Source of the DNA: an uncultured bacterium
Lineage (GTDB): Bacteria > Armatimonadota > Hebobacteria > CAIYQO01
DNA: 64,000 nt
Reading direction: 5' to 3'
Assembly (NCBI GenBank): GCA_964590255.1
Contig: CAZPYA010000013.1
Location: 1,549-65,548, forward strand
In this document: one piece after another, positions 8,838-17,592 of the stretch
How the letters are laid out: every line of letters begins with the position of its first letter
Position numbering within the stretch: the first letter of the stretch is position 1
Position numbers and translations under genes: made by a program
The notes under the pieces: model-generated
Seen by the model: the letters and a program-made list of their open reading frames with translations, nothing else
Told to the model about the DNA's origin: nothing
The model's database searches: none

Positions 8838-10073
8838 ATGCACGACGAATTGACGCCCACCATGCCCGCCCCCGTGCCGCAGCGCCTCGGTGAGTTCGGC
8901 CAGTTGGCCTTGCTGGCGATGCTCTCCGCCTTCATTCCGCTCTCCACCGACATCTATCTCCCCGCGCTGCCGACGATCGCGAAAACGTTCGGTGCGACCG
9001 AGGCACTGGTGAATCTCACGCTGGTGTTGTTTTTCGTGTTCTACAGCCTCGGCACGCTGATCTGGGGCCCGTTGAGCGACAAGTATGGCCGCAAGCCGGT
9101 GCTGCTTGTCGGGCTGGCCAGTTATGTCATCGCCAGCATCTGCTGCGCCTTTGCCGCCAATATCTACCAGCTTATCGCCTTTCGCGTGCTGCAGGCCATC
9201 GCCGGCAGCGCCTCGCCGGCCATCGCGGTGGCACTGGTGAAAGAGCTGTTCTATGGCCGCAAGCGCGAGCGCGGGCTGGTACTCATCCAATCGATGGTGA
9301 TGATCGCTCCCATCGTCGCCCCCGCCATCGGCTCCGGGTTGTTGTATTTCACCACCTGGAACGGCATCTTCTGGATGCTCGCGGCCTTCGGCGTAATCGC
9401 CTTTGTCTGGAGCCTGGCGCTGCGCGAGACGGTGACGGAGTACTACACCGGCACGCTGATGCAAACCTGGGGGCAGCTCGGTACCGTGCTGAATAATCGC
9501 AGTTTCACGGCACTTCTCGTCATCTTTTCCTGCACGGTGATGCCGCTCTACGCCTACCTTGCCAGTTCGACGTATATCTACCAGGACGAATTCGGGCTCT
9601 CGCCGCAACTGTTCAGCGCGTTTTTTATGGCCAATGCCGGATGCGCGGTGCTCGCGCCCTTCGTGTACCTTGCCATCGCCCGGCATGTTAAGCGGCTGCC
9701 CATCGTCACCGGCTGCATGCTCTCCATCGCCGTCGCCGGCGCGCTTATCGCCACCCTTGGCCACCTGCGTCCGCTGGTGCTGGCGCTGTGCATCATGCCC
9801 GCCACGCTGGCCATGGGCATCATTCGTCCGCCCAGCGCAAACCTTATGCTCGAGCAGCAAGACGGCGCCACCGGCGCGGCTTCCTCGCTCATCAACTTCC
9901 TCATGTCGCTCATCGGCAGCGTAGGCATGTTGCTTATGTCCGCCGGCTGGCACTCCCGCATTCTCCCGCTGGGCATGGTGCATCTCATCGCCGGCGGTCT
10001 CTGCGGCTTTGCCTGGCTGTTCATCGCCCGTTCTCCGATGATCAAGCACCCGCCAGAGCAGGTGGAGGGGTGA
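8838..10073 (+). CDS. MFS transporter, Bcr/CflA-type drug:H+ antiporter family
   Basis: It has a 12-TM-like hydrophobic pattern. The N-terminal segment LSTDIYLPALPTIAKTFGA and GPLSDKYGRKPVLL are typical of the Bcr/CflA subfamily. The start is taken at ATG 8838. Confidence 0.8.
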   Translation: MHDELTPTMPAPVPQRLGEFGQLALLAMLSAFIPLSTDIYLPALPTIAKTFGATEALVNLTLVLFFVFYSLGTLIWGPLSDKYGRKPVLLVGLASYVIASICCAFAANIYQLIAFRVLQAIAGSASPAIAVALVKELFYGRKRERGLVLIQSMVMIAPIVAPAIGSGLLYFTTWNGIFWMLAAFGVIAFVWSLALRETVTEYYTGTLMQTWGQLGTVLNNRSFTALLVIFSCTVMPLYAYLASSTYIYQDEFGLSPQLFSAFFMANAGCAVLAPFVYLAIARHVKRLPIVTGCMLSIAVAGALIATLGHLRPLVLALCIMPATLAMGIIRPPSANLMLEQQDGATGAASSLINFLMSLIGSVGMLLMSAGWHSRILPLGMVHLIAGGLCGFAWLFIARSPMIKHPPEQVEG

Positions 10074-10104
10074 AGAGGCGTGATGAGGTGGAATCCGGTA
10101 TAAT

Positions 10105-10533
10105 ATGGGTGCGATGGCGGATTTTCACAAAATCGGGTTATTCACCCTGCGCGGCGACCGGATATTGCTGTGCCGGAAACGCGCGCTGGCCGCGCTGATC
10201 CTCCCAGGCGGGCGCATCGAGGCCGGCGAAACCGCATTGGGGTGTTTGGAACGCGAACTGCGGGAGGAACTGGGCGCGGTGGCGCTCATCCATCCGCAAT
10301 TCCTGGGCACCTACACAGACCGCGCCGCCACTGACGATCCCGCCGTCGTAAAGACGGTGGAGATTCAGCTCTACACCGGCGAACTGCAGGGGGAGCCTGT
10401 CGCGTCGTCCGAGATCGCTGAACTGGTCTGGTTTGGGCCAGATGACGACCGCGCGCAGCTCTCGCCGATCCTCGTTAACCGCATTTTCCCCGATCTTATC
10501 GCCCGCGGCCTGCTTCCTTGGGGGGTGATGTAA
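10105..10533 (+). CDS. NUDIX hydrolase
   Basis: The Nudix box GGRIEAGETALGCLERELREELG is present. Confidence 0.8.
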   Translation: MGAMADFHKIGLFTLRGDRILLCRKRALAALILPGGRIEAGETALGCLERELREELGAVALIHPQFLGTYTDRAATDDPAVVKTVEIQLYTGELQGEPVASSEIAELVWFGPDDDRAQLSPILVNRIFPDLIARGLLPWGVM

Positions 10534-10604
10534 TCATGGGTGGCTTTCACGCGCCTTTGCAAAAGACGGGATTATTCAACCCCAGATGCTGTGTTGATCC
10601 TTGG

Positions 10605-10664
10605 TGCGCGCTCCCGCGCGCGCCCTCACCCCCCATCCCCCTCTCCCAATCCTGGGCGAGGGGG
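10605..10664. repeat. GC-rich palindromic (REP-like) segment
   Basis: It contains GCGCGC-TCCC-GCGCGC followed by CCCCCTC..GAGGGGG. Translation gives the PSPSPNPGRGG-type pseudo-ORFs seen in the track. Confidence 0.4.
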
Positions 10665-10726
10665 CGTCACAGGTCAAATGATCAATGGCAGTTATTTTTC
10701 GGTCGTGAAATATACAGCATTGCCAT

Positions 10727-12556
10727 GTGGAGGGCCATGTGACCGCCATTGAGCTCCTCGCCCCGGCGAAAGACCTGGCCTGCGGCATGGCCGCCATTGA
10801 CTGCGGCGCCGACGCCGTCTACCTCGGCGCCGGGCGTTTTGGCGCGCGCGAGGCGGCGGGCAACGCGCTCCCCGACATCGAGGCGCTGGTGCGCTACGCC
10901 CACGCATACTGGGCGAAGGTGTATGTCACCGTCAACACGCTGCTCACCGACGAGGAGTTGCCGGCGGCGCAGCGGCTCATCGAGCGGCTATTTTACTTTG
11001 GCGTGGATGGTATCATCATACAAGATGCCGGCCTACTCGAACTCGATCTGCCGCCGGTGCCGCTTATCGCCAGCACGCAGATGCACAACCATACGCCAGA
11101 GCGCGTCGCGTTTCTGGAAGGCGTGGGCATAAAACGTGCTATCCTCGCGCGGGAATTATCGCTGGAGGAGATTCGCTCCATTCGCGCGCGGACGAGCATT
11201 GAGCTGGAAGCGTTCGTACACGGCGCGCTTTGCGTGTGTTACAGCGGGCAATGCTACCTCAGTTACGCCCTGGGCGGCCGCAGCGGCAACCGCGGACAGT
11301 GTGCGCAGCCATGCCGGAAATCGTATACGCTGACCAACGCGCGCGGCGCGGTGCTCGCTCGAAACCAGCACCTGTTGTCACTGCGCGATCTGAACCTCTC
11401 CCATCACCTGGGCGAGTTGCTCGATGCCGGCATTACCTCTATTAAAATCGAAGGTCGGTTGAAGGATAAAAGCTACGTGGCGAACGTGGTGGCGCATTAC
11501 CGGCAGGCGCTGGACGCGGAACTGGCGGCGCGCGACCTGCGGCGCGGCTCGTCGGGGCGGAGCATCTACGACTTCACGCCCGATCCGGTGAAGACGTTCA
11601 ATCGCGGCTTTTCCAGCTATTTCCTACATGGGCGCGGGGAGCGAGTCGGCGGTGTCAAAACGCCGAAAATGGTCGGCGAAATCGTGGGGTCGGTGACGGC
11701 GCTGCTCTCGCATGGCGCGCGCGTGGAAACGCTGCTTGCTTTGCATCCCGGCGACGGCCTGTGTTTCTTTGACGCTCACGGCGCGTTGCGCGGCACCACG
11801 CTGAACGGCGTCGATGGCGACTTGCTGCTGCTGGAGAAGTCCGAGCAGTTGGCGGTGGGCATGACGCTGTACCGCAATCACGACCACGTCTTCCTGGCAC
11901 ATCTGCTGAAATCGGAGACCGCCCGCCGCATCGATGTGCGCTTCACGCTGCGCGAGACGCCGGAGGGGTTGGCGCTGCAGGTGGTAGACGAGGACGGCAA
12001 TGCCGCCGTCGTGTCACTCGCCTGTGCGAAAGCGCCCGCCCACCAGCCGGAGATGGCCCTGGAGAACATGCGGAAGCAGTTCCAGAAGACCGGCGGCACG
12101 ATCTTCGCCTGTGCGGACGTCGCCATCGAACTATCGCAACCGCTCTTCGTGCCGGTGGCCGCACTGAACGCCCTCCGCCGCGACGCGATTGAAGCATTAG
12201 CTGCCGAGCGCGAAGTGTCGCGCCCAAATGAGCGAGGTGGGGCGGTGCGCAATGACATCCCCTTCCCGCGGATGACGCTGGATTACACCGGCAACGTGCT
12301 GAACCGCAATGCCGAGGAGTTCTACCGCCGCCACGGCGTGACGACTATCGAACCCGCGGCAGAAACCGGCGTCCTCGACCTGCGCGGGCGCACGGTGATG
12401 ACAACGCGCTACTGCATCCGCCACCAGGTCAACCTTTGTCCGAAGCAGGGCGCGCATCGCGCCGCGCCGCTTTACCTTACCGACATGGAAGGCAACCGCC
12501 TGGAGCTGCGTTTCGCCTGCGACCGCTGCGAAATGGATGTCATTCTGCCAACATAG
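10727..12556 (+). CDS. peptidase U32 family protein
   Basis: 609 aa. The N-terminal IELLAPAKDL..AIDCGADAVYLG and the conserved-Cys region HGALCVCYSGQCYLS are characteristic of U32. The exact start is uncertain, either GTG 10727 or GTG 10739. Confidence 0.8.
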   Translation: MEGHVTAIELLAPAKDLACGMAAIDCGADAVYLGAGRFGAREAAGNALPDIEALVRYAHAYWAKVYVTVNTLLTDEELPAAQRLIERLFYFGVDGIIIQDAGLLELDLPPVPLIASTQMHNHTPERVAFLEGVGIKRAILARELSLEEIRSIRARTSIELEAFVHGALCVCYSGQCYLSYALGGRSGNRGQCAQPCRKSYTLTNARGAVLARNQHLLSLRDLNLSHHLGELLDAGITSIKIEGRLKDKSYVANVVAHYRQALDAELAARDLRRGSSGRSIYDFTPDPVKTFNRGFSSYFLHGRGERVGGVKTPKMVGEIVGSVTALLSHGARVETLLALHPGDGLCFFDAHGALRGTTLNGVDGDLLLLEKSEQLAVGMTLYRNHDHVFLAHLLKSETARRIDVRFTLRETPEGLALQVVDEDGNAAVVSLACAKAPAHQPEMALENMRKQFQKTGGTIFACADVAIELSQPLFVPVAALNALRRDAIEALAAEREVSRPNERGGAVRNDIPFPRMTLDYTGNVLNRNAEEFYRRHGVTTIEPAAETGVLDLRGRTVMTTRYCIRHQVNLCPKQGAHRAAPLYLTDMEGNRLELRFACDRCEMDVILPT

Positions 12557-12613
12557 AAGCCGGGCACTTTTATGCTTTTTAACTTTTTATTGCCACTTTG
12601 CTTTTTCTCATGC

Positions 12614-12669
12614 GGGGATTGAAATCCCAACCTGCCGGGCCTTGCGGCCGGGCGTCCCTCTACAGGGAC
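12614..12669. repeat. REP-like hairpins downstream of U32 gene
   Basis: The hairpins are GGGAT-TGAA-ATCCC (about 12615-12628) and GTCCCT-CTAC-AGGGAC (12654-12669). A T-rich tract at 12570-12610 precedes them. Confidence 0.5.
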
Positions 12670-12719
12670 GCAGCGGATCAGGATAAGTGAATTAACACTT
12701 TCTAGGAATTGGAGCCGAC

Positions 12720-13427
12720 ATGTCCCTGATCGAGATCACCCGTCGCCTCGCCGCTGACGTTGACGCGTTGCGCTTCGCGCCGCCGACGGCGTATGTTTAT
12801 AATCCGTTGGTATATGCGCGCGCCGCCCACGAACAGTACCTGGAGCGCTTCGGGCAGGGCCCGCGCGAGGCGCTGCTACTCGGCATGAACCCCGGCCCAT
12901 TCGGCATGGCGCAGACGGGCGTGCCATTCGGCGATCCGGTGCTGGTGCGCGAGTGGATGGGCATCGAGACGCCTGTCGGTACGCCGCCGCACGAACATCC
13001 GAAGCGCCCCATTCAGGGCTTCCAATGTCCGCGCCGCGAAGTGAGTGGCATGCGCCTATGGGGCTGGGCGCGCGACCGCTGGGGCACACCCGACGCCTTT
13101 TTTGCGCGCTGCTTTGTGGTGAACTACTGCCCGCTGGTCTTCATGGAGGACAGCGGAAAAAACCGCACGCCGGACAAGCTTCCCGCCGCCGAGTCTGCTG
13201 CCCTCTATGCCGTCTGCGATTGCGCGCTACGCGCCATCGTCGAACTCATGCAACCACGGGTCGCCATCGGTATCGGTGGATTTGCCGAAGCACGACTGGT
13301 TGCCGCGCTTGCTGGACTGGATATACAGATTGTCCGTCTGCTGCATCCCAGTCCCGCCAATCCGCAGGCTAACGCGGGGTGGGCCAAGTTCGCGGATGCC
13401 AAGTTCGCGGAGTTGGGATTGCTGTAG
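12720..13427 (+). CDS. uracil-DNA glycosylase, family 3 (SMUG1-like)
   Basis: Motif A GMNPGPFGMAQTGVPFG and motif B HPSPANP are present. Confidence 0.8.
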   Translation: MSLIEITRRLAADVDALRFAPPTAYVYNPLVYARAAHEQYLERFGQGPREALLLGMNPGPFGMAQTGVPFGDPVLVREWMGIETPVGTPPHEHPKRPIQGFQCPRREVSGMRLWGWARDRWGTPDAFFARCFVVNYCPLVFMEDSGKNRTPDKLPAAESAALYAVCDCALRAIVELMQPRVAIGIGGFAEARLVAALAGLDIQIVRLLHPSPANPQANAGWAKFADAKFAELGLL

Positions 13428-13433
13428 ATTATT

Positions 13434-13522
13434 GGAGCGCGGATTTTCAATCCGCACGAAATTTCACATGGTCTATTGAGCAAACAGAGTGGTCATACGT
13501 GCGGATTACAAATCCGCGCTCC
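13434..13522. repeat. 89-nt inverted-repeat element (24-nt arms, each itself a hairpin)
   Basis: The arms are GGAGCGCGGATTTTCAATCCGCAC (13434-13457) and GTGCGGATTACAAATCCGCGCTCC (13499-13522). They are 22/24 complementary and enclose 41 nt. Confidence 0.7.
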
Positions 13523-13735
13523 AGTATTTTCGGGCACACCAGAGAAAAATGATTTATTGAGTATATTTACTGATTTTTGGATCGGGACGGCGAGAAATTT
13601 CGTCCAATCGCTCATTCGGAAAAAATCGACAAGCAACAAAGTATCTATATCTTCACCATTAGCCTGAAAGATGCCTTCGTTGCGCCGGGGTGGCATCATG
13701 ACGCCACTATAGCAAACAAGCGTATGTTTGCCAAG

Positions 13736-14533
13736 CTATTTTACGGTTTCTGTCACATCGCGCAACTGCTGCGCCGGCGTAAACAACAGCCGCGTAGCCG
13801 CAAGCACGCCCACCACGCTGGCGATGACGGCGGCCGCAGTAATCATATACATCACGACGATCTGATAGTGTACGGCCTGGGTGGGCGCCTGCCCGGCGAT
13901 AATCTGACCGGTCATCATGCCGGGTAGCGAGACGATGCCGACCACGAGCATCGAGTTAACGCTGGGCATCACCGCTGTGCGCAGCGCGTCGCGGCGGATG
14001 CGCGTCACCGCTTGCGCAGGTGTCGCCCCCAGCGCCAGCGCGGCCTCCACCTCAGCACGGCGGCGGCGCAGGTCGCCGGAGAAACGGTCCACCGCCAGCG
14101 CCACCGCTGTCATGGCATTACCGACGATCATCCCCGCCAGCGGCAGCAGGTAGCGCGGATCGTACCAGGGGGAAATCCGCAGCACCAGCGCGGTCACGAA
14201 GGCCAGCACCAGCGCGCCGCCGATGAGAATCGCCGCGGTGAAGACAGCCCGACGACCCGCGAACGGCACGGCCATCCGTCCCTGCGCGGTGTGGATGGCC
14301 ACAACGAACATCAGTGCCAGCGCCAGCAGCGTCAGCCAGACGTTGCGGCTGTCGAAAATGAACGCCAGCACGTAGCCGGTCAGCGTCAACTGCACGAAGG
14401 TGCGCACCGCGCCCCAGAGCATGTCGCGACCGAGCCCGAGCCGCAGGTGCCATGAGAGCAGCATGGCGACCAGCACCAGCGCGCCGGAGATGGCAACGTT
14501 CCAGAAGTTCAGCGTAATGATGTCGTGTGTCAT
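13736..14533 (-). CDS. fetB: iron export ABC transporter permease FetB (UPF0014/YbbM family)
   Basis: 265-aa polytopic membrane protein lying directly downstream of the FetA-like ATPase (3-nt gap). The family assignment comes from sequence recollection and the pairing. Confidence 0.7.
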   Translation of the reverse strand: MTHDIITLNFWNVAISGALVLVAMLLSWHLRLGLGRDMLWGAVRTFVQLTLTGYVLAFIFDSRNVWLTLLALALMFVVAIHTAQGRMAVPFAGRRAVFTAAILIGGALVLAFVTALVLRISPWYDPRYLLPLAGMIVGNAMTAVALAVDRFSGDLRRRRAEVEAALALGATPAQAVTRIRRDALRTAVMPSVNSMLVVGIVSLPGMMTGQIIAGQAPTQAVHYQIVVMYMITAAAVIASVVGVLAATRLLFTPAQQLRDVTETVK

Positions 14534-14536
14534 CGA

Positions 14537-15244
14537 TTACTCCATCGCCGCCAGCGCGCCGCGAGCGTCAGGGAAGAGTTGGGCGGCGCCGTCGTGCAGC
14601 AGCAGCACCGGACAAGCCATCTCCGCCAGCCACTCGCGGGTGTGTGTCACCATCACCTGTGTCTGTCCGCGCTCGCGGTTGCGCCGCAGCAGCGTGGTGA
14701 TGATCAATCGCGCACTTTCTTCGTCGAGTGCCGAGGTCGGCTCGTCAAGCAACAATACGTCGGGGTTGAGCGCCAGTGCCCGCGCCAGCGCCACCCGCTG
14801 CGTCTGCCCGATAGAGAGCTGGTCATGTGGGCGGTCGAGCAGTTCTGCCGGCAGGCCTACTTCCGCCAGCAGCGCCGTTGCCACCGTCGTTTCCAGCGTC
14901 CGATTGAGCAGCGTCATCGGGTAAGCAAGATTGTCGAGTACCGTGCCGTCGAGCAGGAAGGGTTGCTGGAACAGCATGCCCACGCGCCGCCGCAACGCCG
15001 GCGGATCGATCTCGCGCAGGTCGACGCCGTCCAGCAGGACGCGCCCCTCGGTTGGATCGTCCAGCCGGTTCAGCAGGCGCAGCAGGCTGGTCTTCCCGGC
15101 TCCTGACGGCCCGATAATCGCCAGTCGTCCGCCGACCGGCACATCGAAGGAGCCGTCGACAAGTATGGGGCGCGATTGTGCCCCGCCTGCACCCGGGGCG
15201 CGGCGACGGATCACGACATGGTCGACGGTGATGCGTGCGGTCAT
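14537..15244 (-). CDS. fetA: ABC transporter ATP-binding protein FetA (YbbL-like)
   Basis: Walker A GPSGAGKT, signature LSIGQTQR and Walker B LLLDEPTSALD are present. Confidence 0.8.
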   Translation of the reverse strand: MTARITVDHVVIRRRAPGAGGAQSRPILVDGSFDVPVGGRLAIIGPSGAGKTSLLRLLNRLDDPTEGRVLLDGVDLREIDPPALRRRVGMLFQQPFLLDGTVLDNLAYPMTLLNRTLETTVATALLAEVGLPAELLDRPHDQLSIGQTQRVALARALALNPDVLLLDEPTSALDEESARLIITTLLRRNRERGQTQVMVTHTREWLAEMACPVLLLHDGAAQLFPDARGALAAME

Positions 15245-15301
15245 ATAGCTGTCATTTCGCGGGTGTTCGCCGCGTTCCTACCGGGAAAGGTACAGTTTTG
15301 C

Positions 15302-16324
15302 TTATGGAGAGGGGGAATTCACCACATTAATCGGCTGTCCGTCGAAGTATGCGCGGATATTCTCCACCGTCGTCGCCATGATGCGCTGTCGTGCTTCCCG
15401 GCTGTAGAAGGCCATGTGTGGGGTAATGACAACGTCGTTGCGCCGCAGCAGGATATGCTGCCGGATAAGCATCCGCAGCGATTCCGCCGCCTCTGGCGCG
15501 CGCATCAGCCGCTCCTCTTCCTCGATAAGCTCTTCGCCTTCGATGACATCCAGTCCCGCGCCGCCGAGGATGCCTTGATCGAGGGCAGTGATGAGCGCGT
15601 CGGTGTCGACCAGCCCGCCGCGGGCGGTGTTGATGAGCAGTGCGCCGCGCTTGATTATGCCAATCGTGTCGGCATTGATCAGGTAATGCGTGGACGGCAG
15701 CAGCGGCGCGTGCAGCGTAATGATATCGGCGTTCGCCAGAAGATATTCCAGCGAAACGTAGTCAAAATTCAGCACCTCGGCAATCATCGGGTTCGGCTTC
15801 ACATCATACGCGATGACGTGCATGCCGAAGCCAGTGGCGATGCGGATAACGTGTAGACCGATGCTGCCCGCGCCCACGACGCCGATGGTTTTGCCTTTGA
15901 GGTCAAAGCCTTCGAGGTTCGACAGCGAGAAGTCGCCGGCGACGGTGCGCTGGTAGGCCTTGTGGATCTTCCGTGAGAGCGAGAGGATCAGCGCGAAGGT
16001 GTGCTCCGCCACGGTGTTGTCGCCGTAGCGCGGCACGTTGGCGACGAGGATACCCCGTTCGTTGCACGTCTCCAGGTCGACATGGTCATACCCGGTGGAG
16101 CGCGTGGCGATGAAACGCAGATTCGGCATGGCGTCCAATATTTCGCGGGTGACGCGCGAATGCACGAACACGGAGAGCACTGTTGCGTCGGCAAAAGCCG
16201 GGCTCATGCATTCCTGAATCGGCGATTCGCAGACCACTTCTACGCCCGGTAGCTCCTGCGTGATATATGGCCGTTCATCCGGGTTCAGCTCTACCATCAC
16301 GATACGAGGCGTCTGGTCACTCAT
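15302..16324 (-). CDS. D-isomer-specific 2-hydroxyacid dehydrogenase (NAD-binding)
   Basis: It contains GVVGAGSIGLHV (GxGxxG), and ARGGLVD..ITPHMAF is typical of the family. The start is taken at ATG 16324, preceded by GGAGGAAG. Confidence 0.8.
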   Translation of the reverse strand: MSDQTPRIVMVELNPDERPYITQELPGVEVVCESPIQECMSPAFADATVLSVFVHSRVTREILDAMPNLRFIATRSTGYDHVDLETCNERGILVANVPRYGDNTVAEHTFALILSLSRKIHKAYQRTVAGDFSLSNLEGFDLKGKTIGVVGAGSIGLHVIRIATGFGMHVIAYDVKPNPMIAEVLNFDYVSLEYLLANADIITLHAPLLPSTHYLINADTIGIIKRGALLINTARGGLVDTDALITALDQGILGGAGLDVIEGEELIEEEERLMRAPEAAESLRMLIRQHILLRRNDVVITPHMAFYSREARQRIMATTVENIRAYFDGQPINVVNSPSP

Positions 16325-16570
16325 GCCGGCTTCCTCCCCCAATGTATTCGCCAACATTGTACCCGCATCCGACGGGAGTGACCACGACTTTTGGCATGGA
16401 ACAGGGCTTTCATCGCCATTGGCGAAAGAAAAATTACAGAGACGGACATTGAGACGTCATTCCGGGACGCGGTCATTGACGATGCCACACGCAGGATGGT
16501 GATCGTCATGTGCCGTGATCGGTATGCGCAATCAATGACCGCGTCTGTAGCACCTTCGGAAAGGCCAAAC

Positions 16571-17548
16571 ATGACCGCGATGGATTTGATGACCGTTGGC
16601 AGTCTCTTCATTGAAACGACCCCCACGCAACCCGGGGAGACGCTGGACACTGCGACGTATTATACGCTGGTGGCGGGCGGGGCGGCGGCGAATACCGTCT
16701 TTGCCATGGCGCGGCTGGGGGTGGGAGTGCGCTTCATCACCGCTGTCGGCGACGACGAGTTCGGCACGTTGGCTACGCGCGAGTTGGCGGACTTCGGCGT
16801 CGACACCGCGCGGGTGCGCCGCGTGCCCGGTCAGTTGACGCCAGTTTCGTTCTGTTCGGTGGATAAGCAGGGTGGCAAGCAGTTTCGCTTTTATCGCTTC
16901 CCCGGGTACAGCGCGCCGATGGATGCGCTGCGTGCCGATGATTTCGCCGGGGTGGGGGAATGCCGCCTCTTCGACTTCAGCGAGGGCAGCATTCGCGAAG
17001 ACGCCGTGCGCGCGCTGGTCTTCGACGCCGCCCGCCAGGCCCGCGCTGCCGGCGTGCCGGTGCTCTACGCGGTCAATTTACGCCGAGGATCGTGGGGAAA
17101 AGCGGATGATGCCATCCGCGCCATCGAGCAGGCGGCTATCGCCCTGGCCGATGTCATCGTATTGAACGCGGAAGAAGTCGAGTTCATCACCGGCCAATCC
17201 TGGGACGCGGGCCTGCACGCACTGCGCGCTCTCGGACCGCGCGTGATCGTGATGACTCGCGGCGGCGACGGCCCGGTGGTGCTGCAGGTGGACGCCGAAC
17301 GCGCCCAGATGGAACCCTACCGCGTGCCGGTGGTCTATGATGTCGGCGCCGGTGACACCTTCCACGCCGGCCTGGTCGCCGCGGCACTCGAAGGCAATCC
17401 CGCAGACCTGACGCTGGCCGACTGGCGCGATGCCGTCCGCTTCGGCGCCGCTACGGCCGCCATCCGCGTGTCGACGTCGGCGAACCCGCGTGACCTGCCG
17501 ACGCGCGAGGCAGTCACGCAGTGGATGGCAGCGCATCGAGTGACATAA
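16571..17548 (+). CDS. PfkB-family carbohydrate kinase
   Basis: It contains GGAAANT and the C-terminal DVGAGDTFHAGL motif. The start is taken at ATG 16571, because the N-terminal extension in the ORF track looks non-coding. Confidence 0.8.
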   Translation: MTAMDLMTVGSLFIETTPTQPGETLDTATYYTLVAGGAAANTVFAMARLGVGVRFITAVGDDEFGTLATRELADFGVDTARVRRVPGQLTPVSFCSVDKQGGKQFRFYRFPGYSAPMDALRADDFAGVGECRLFDFSEGSIREDAVRALVFDAARQARAAGVPVLYAVNLRRGSWGKADDAIRAIEQAAIALADVIVLNAEEVEFITGQSWDAGLHALRALGPRVIVMTRGGDGPVVLQVDAERAQMEPYRVPVVYDVGAGDTFHAGLVAAALEGNPADLTLADWRDAVRFGAATAAIRVSTSANPRDLPTREAVTQWMAAHRVT

Positions 17549-17549
17549 C

Positions 17550-17585
17550 CATGCGGGCGGATACATCAACGTATCCGCCCGCATG
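17550..17585. terminator. bidirectional intrinsic terminator hairpin between convergent genes
   Basis: Perfect 15-bp stem CATGCGGGCGGATAC / GTATCCGCCCGCATG with a 6-nt loop, followed by GGGTTGTTT. Confidence 0.7.
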
Positions 17586-17592
17586 GGGTTGT

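Noticed and set aside
8751-10049. Long antisense ORFs opposite real genes. Examples are 8751-10049(-), 19560-21134(+), 22996-24171(+), 26214-27773(-), 39058-40602(+), 43998-45578(-), 47823-49049(-) and 33094-33918(-).
   Set aside because: They are typical of high-GC DNA, where stop codons are rare in the antisense frames. Their translations are Arg/Gly/Ala/His-rich with no motifs, and the opposite strand carries clearly recognisable proteins.
10540-10752. 70-74-aa ORFs (10518-10742, 10540-10752) encoding PHPPSPSPNPGRGG-type sequence.
   Set aside because: They are the translation of a GC-rich palindromic repeat. The sequence is low-complexity, with no RBS, and overlaps the U32 start.
12614-12628. 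GGGGATTGAAATCCC and CCGGATTGAAATCCGG resemble a tRNA-Phe (GAA) anticodon arm.
   Set aside because: The loop is one nt short, and no acceptor, D or T arms flank either site. They are better explained as REP-like hairpins.
5400-13530. Possibility that the recurring GGAT..ATCC / GTCC..GGAC hairpins represent a degenerate CRISPR array.
   Set aside because: The copies are kilobases apart in separate intergenic regions, they do not share a constant repeat sequence or regular spacing, and no cas genes are present.
13476-13699. 63-aa (+) and 68-aa (-) ORFs in the AT-rich spacer downstream of fetB.
   Set aside because: Their codon usage is unlike the rest of the window, they have no RBS, they run into the inverted-repeat element, and they carry no recognisable motif. 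They remain only a weak possibility.
16340-16359. Short palindromes in regulatory spacers. Examples are CAATGT-N8-ACATTG at 16340-16359, TGACGAT..ATCGTCA near 16480-16511, and ACAATG-N5-CATTGT near 29777-29793.
   Set aside because: Arms of 6-7 bp are too short to separate from chance, and no adjacent regulator gene supports calling them operators.
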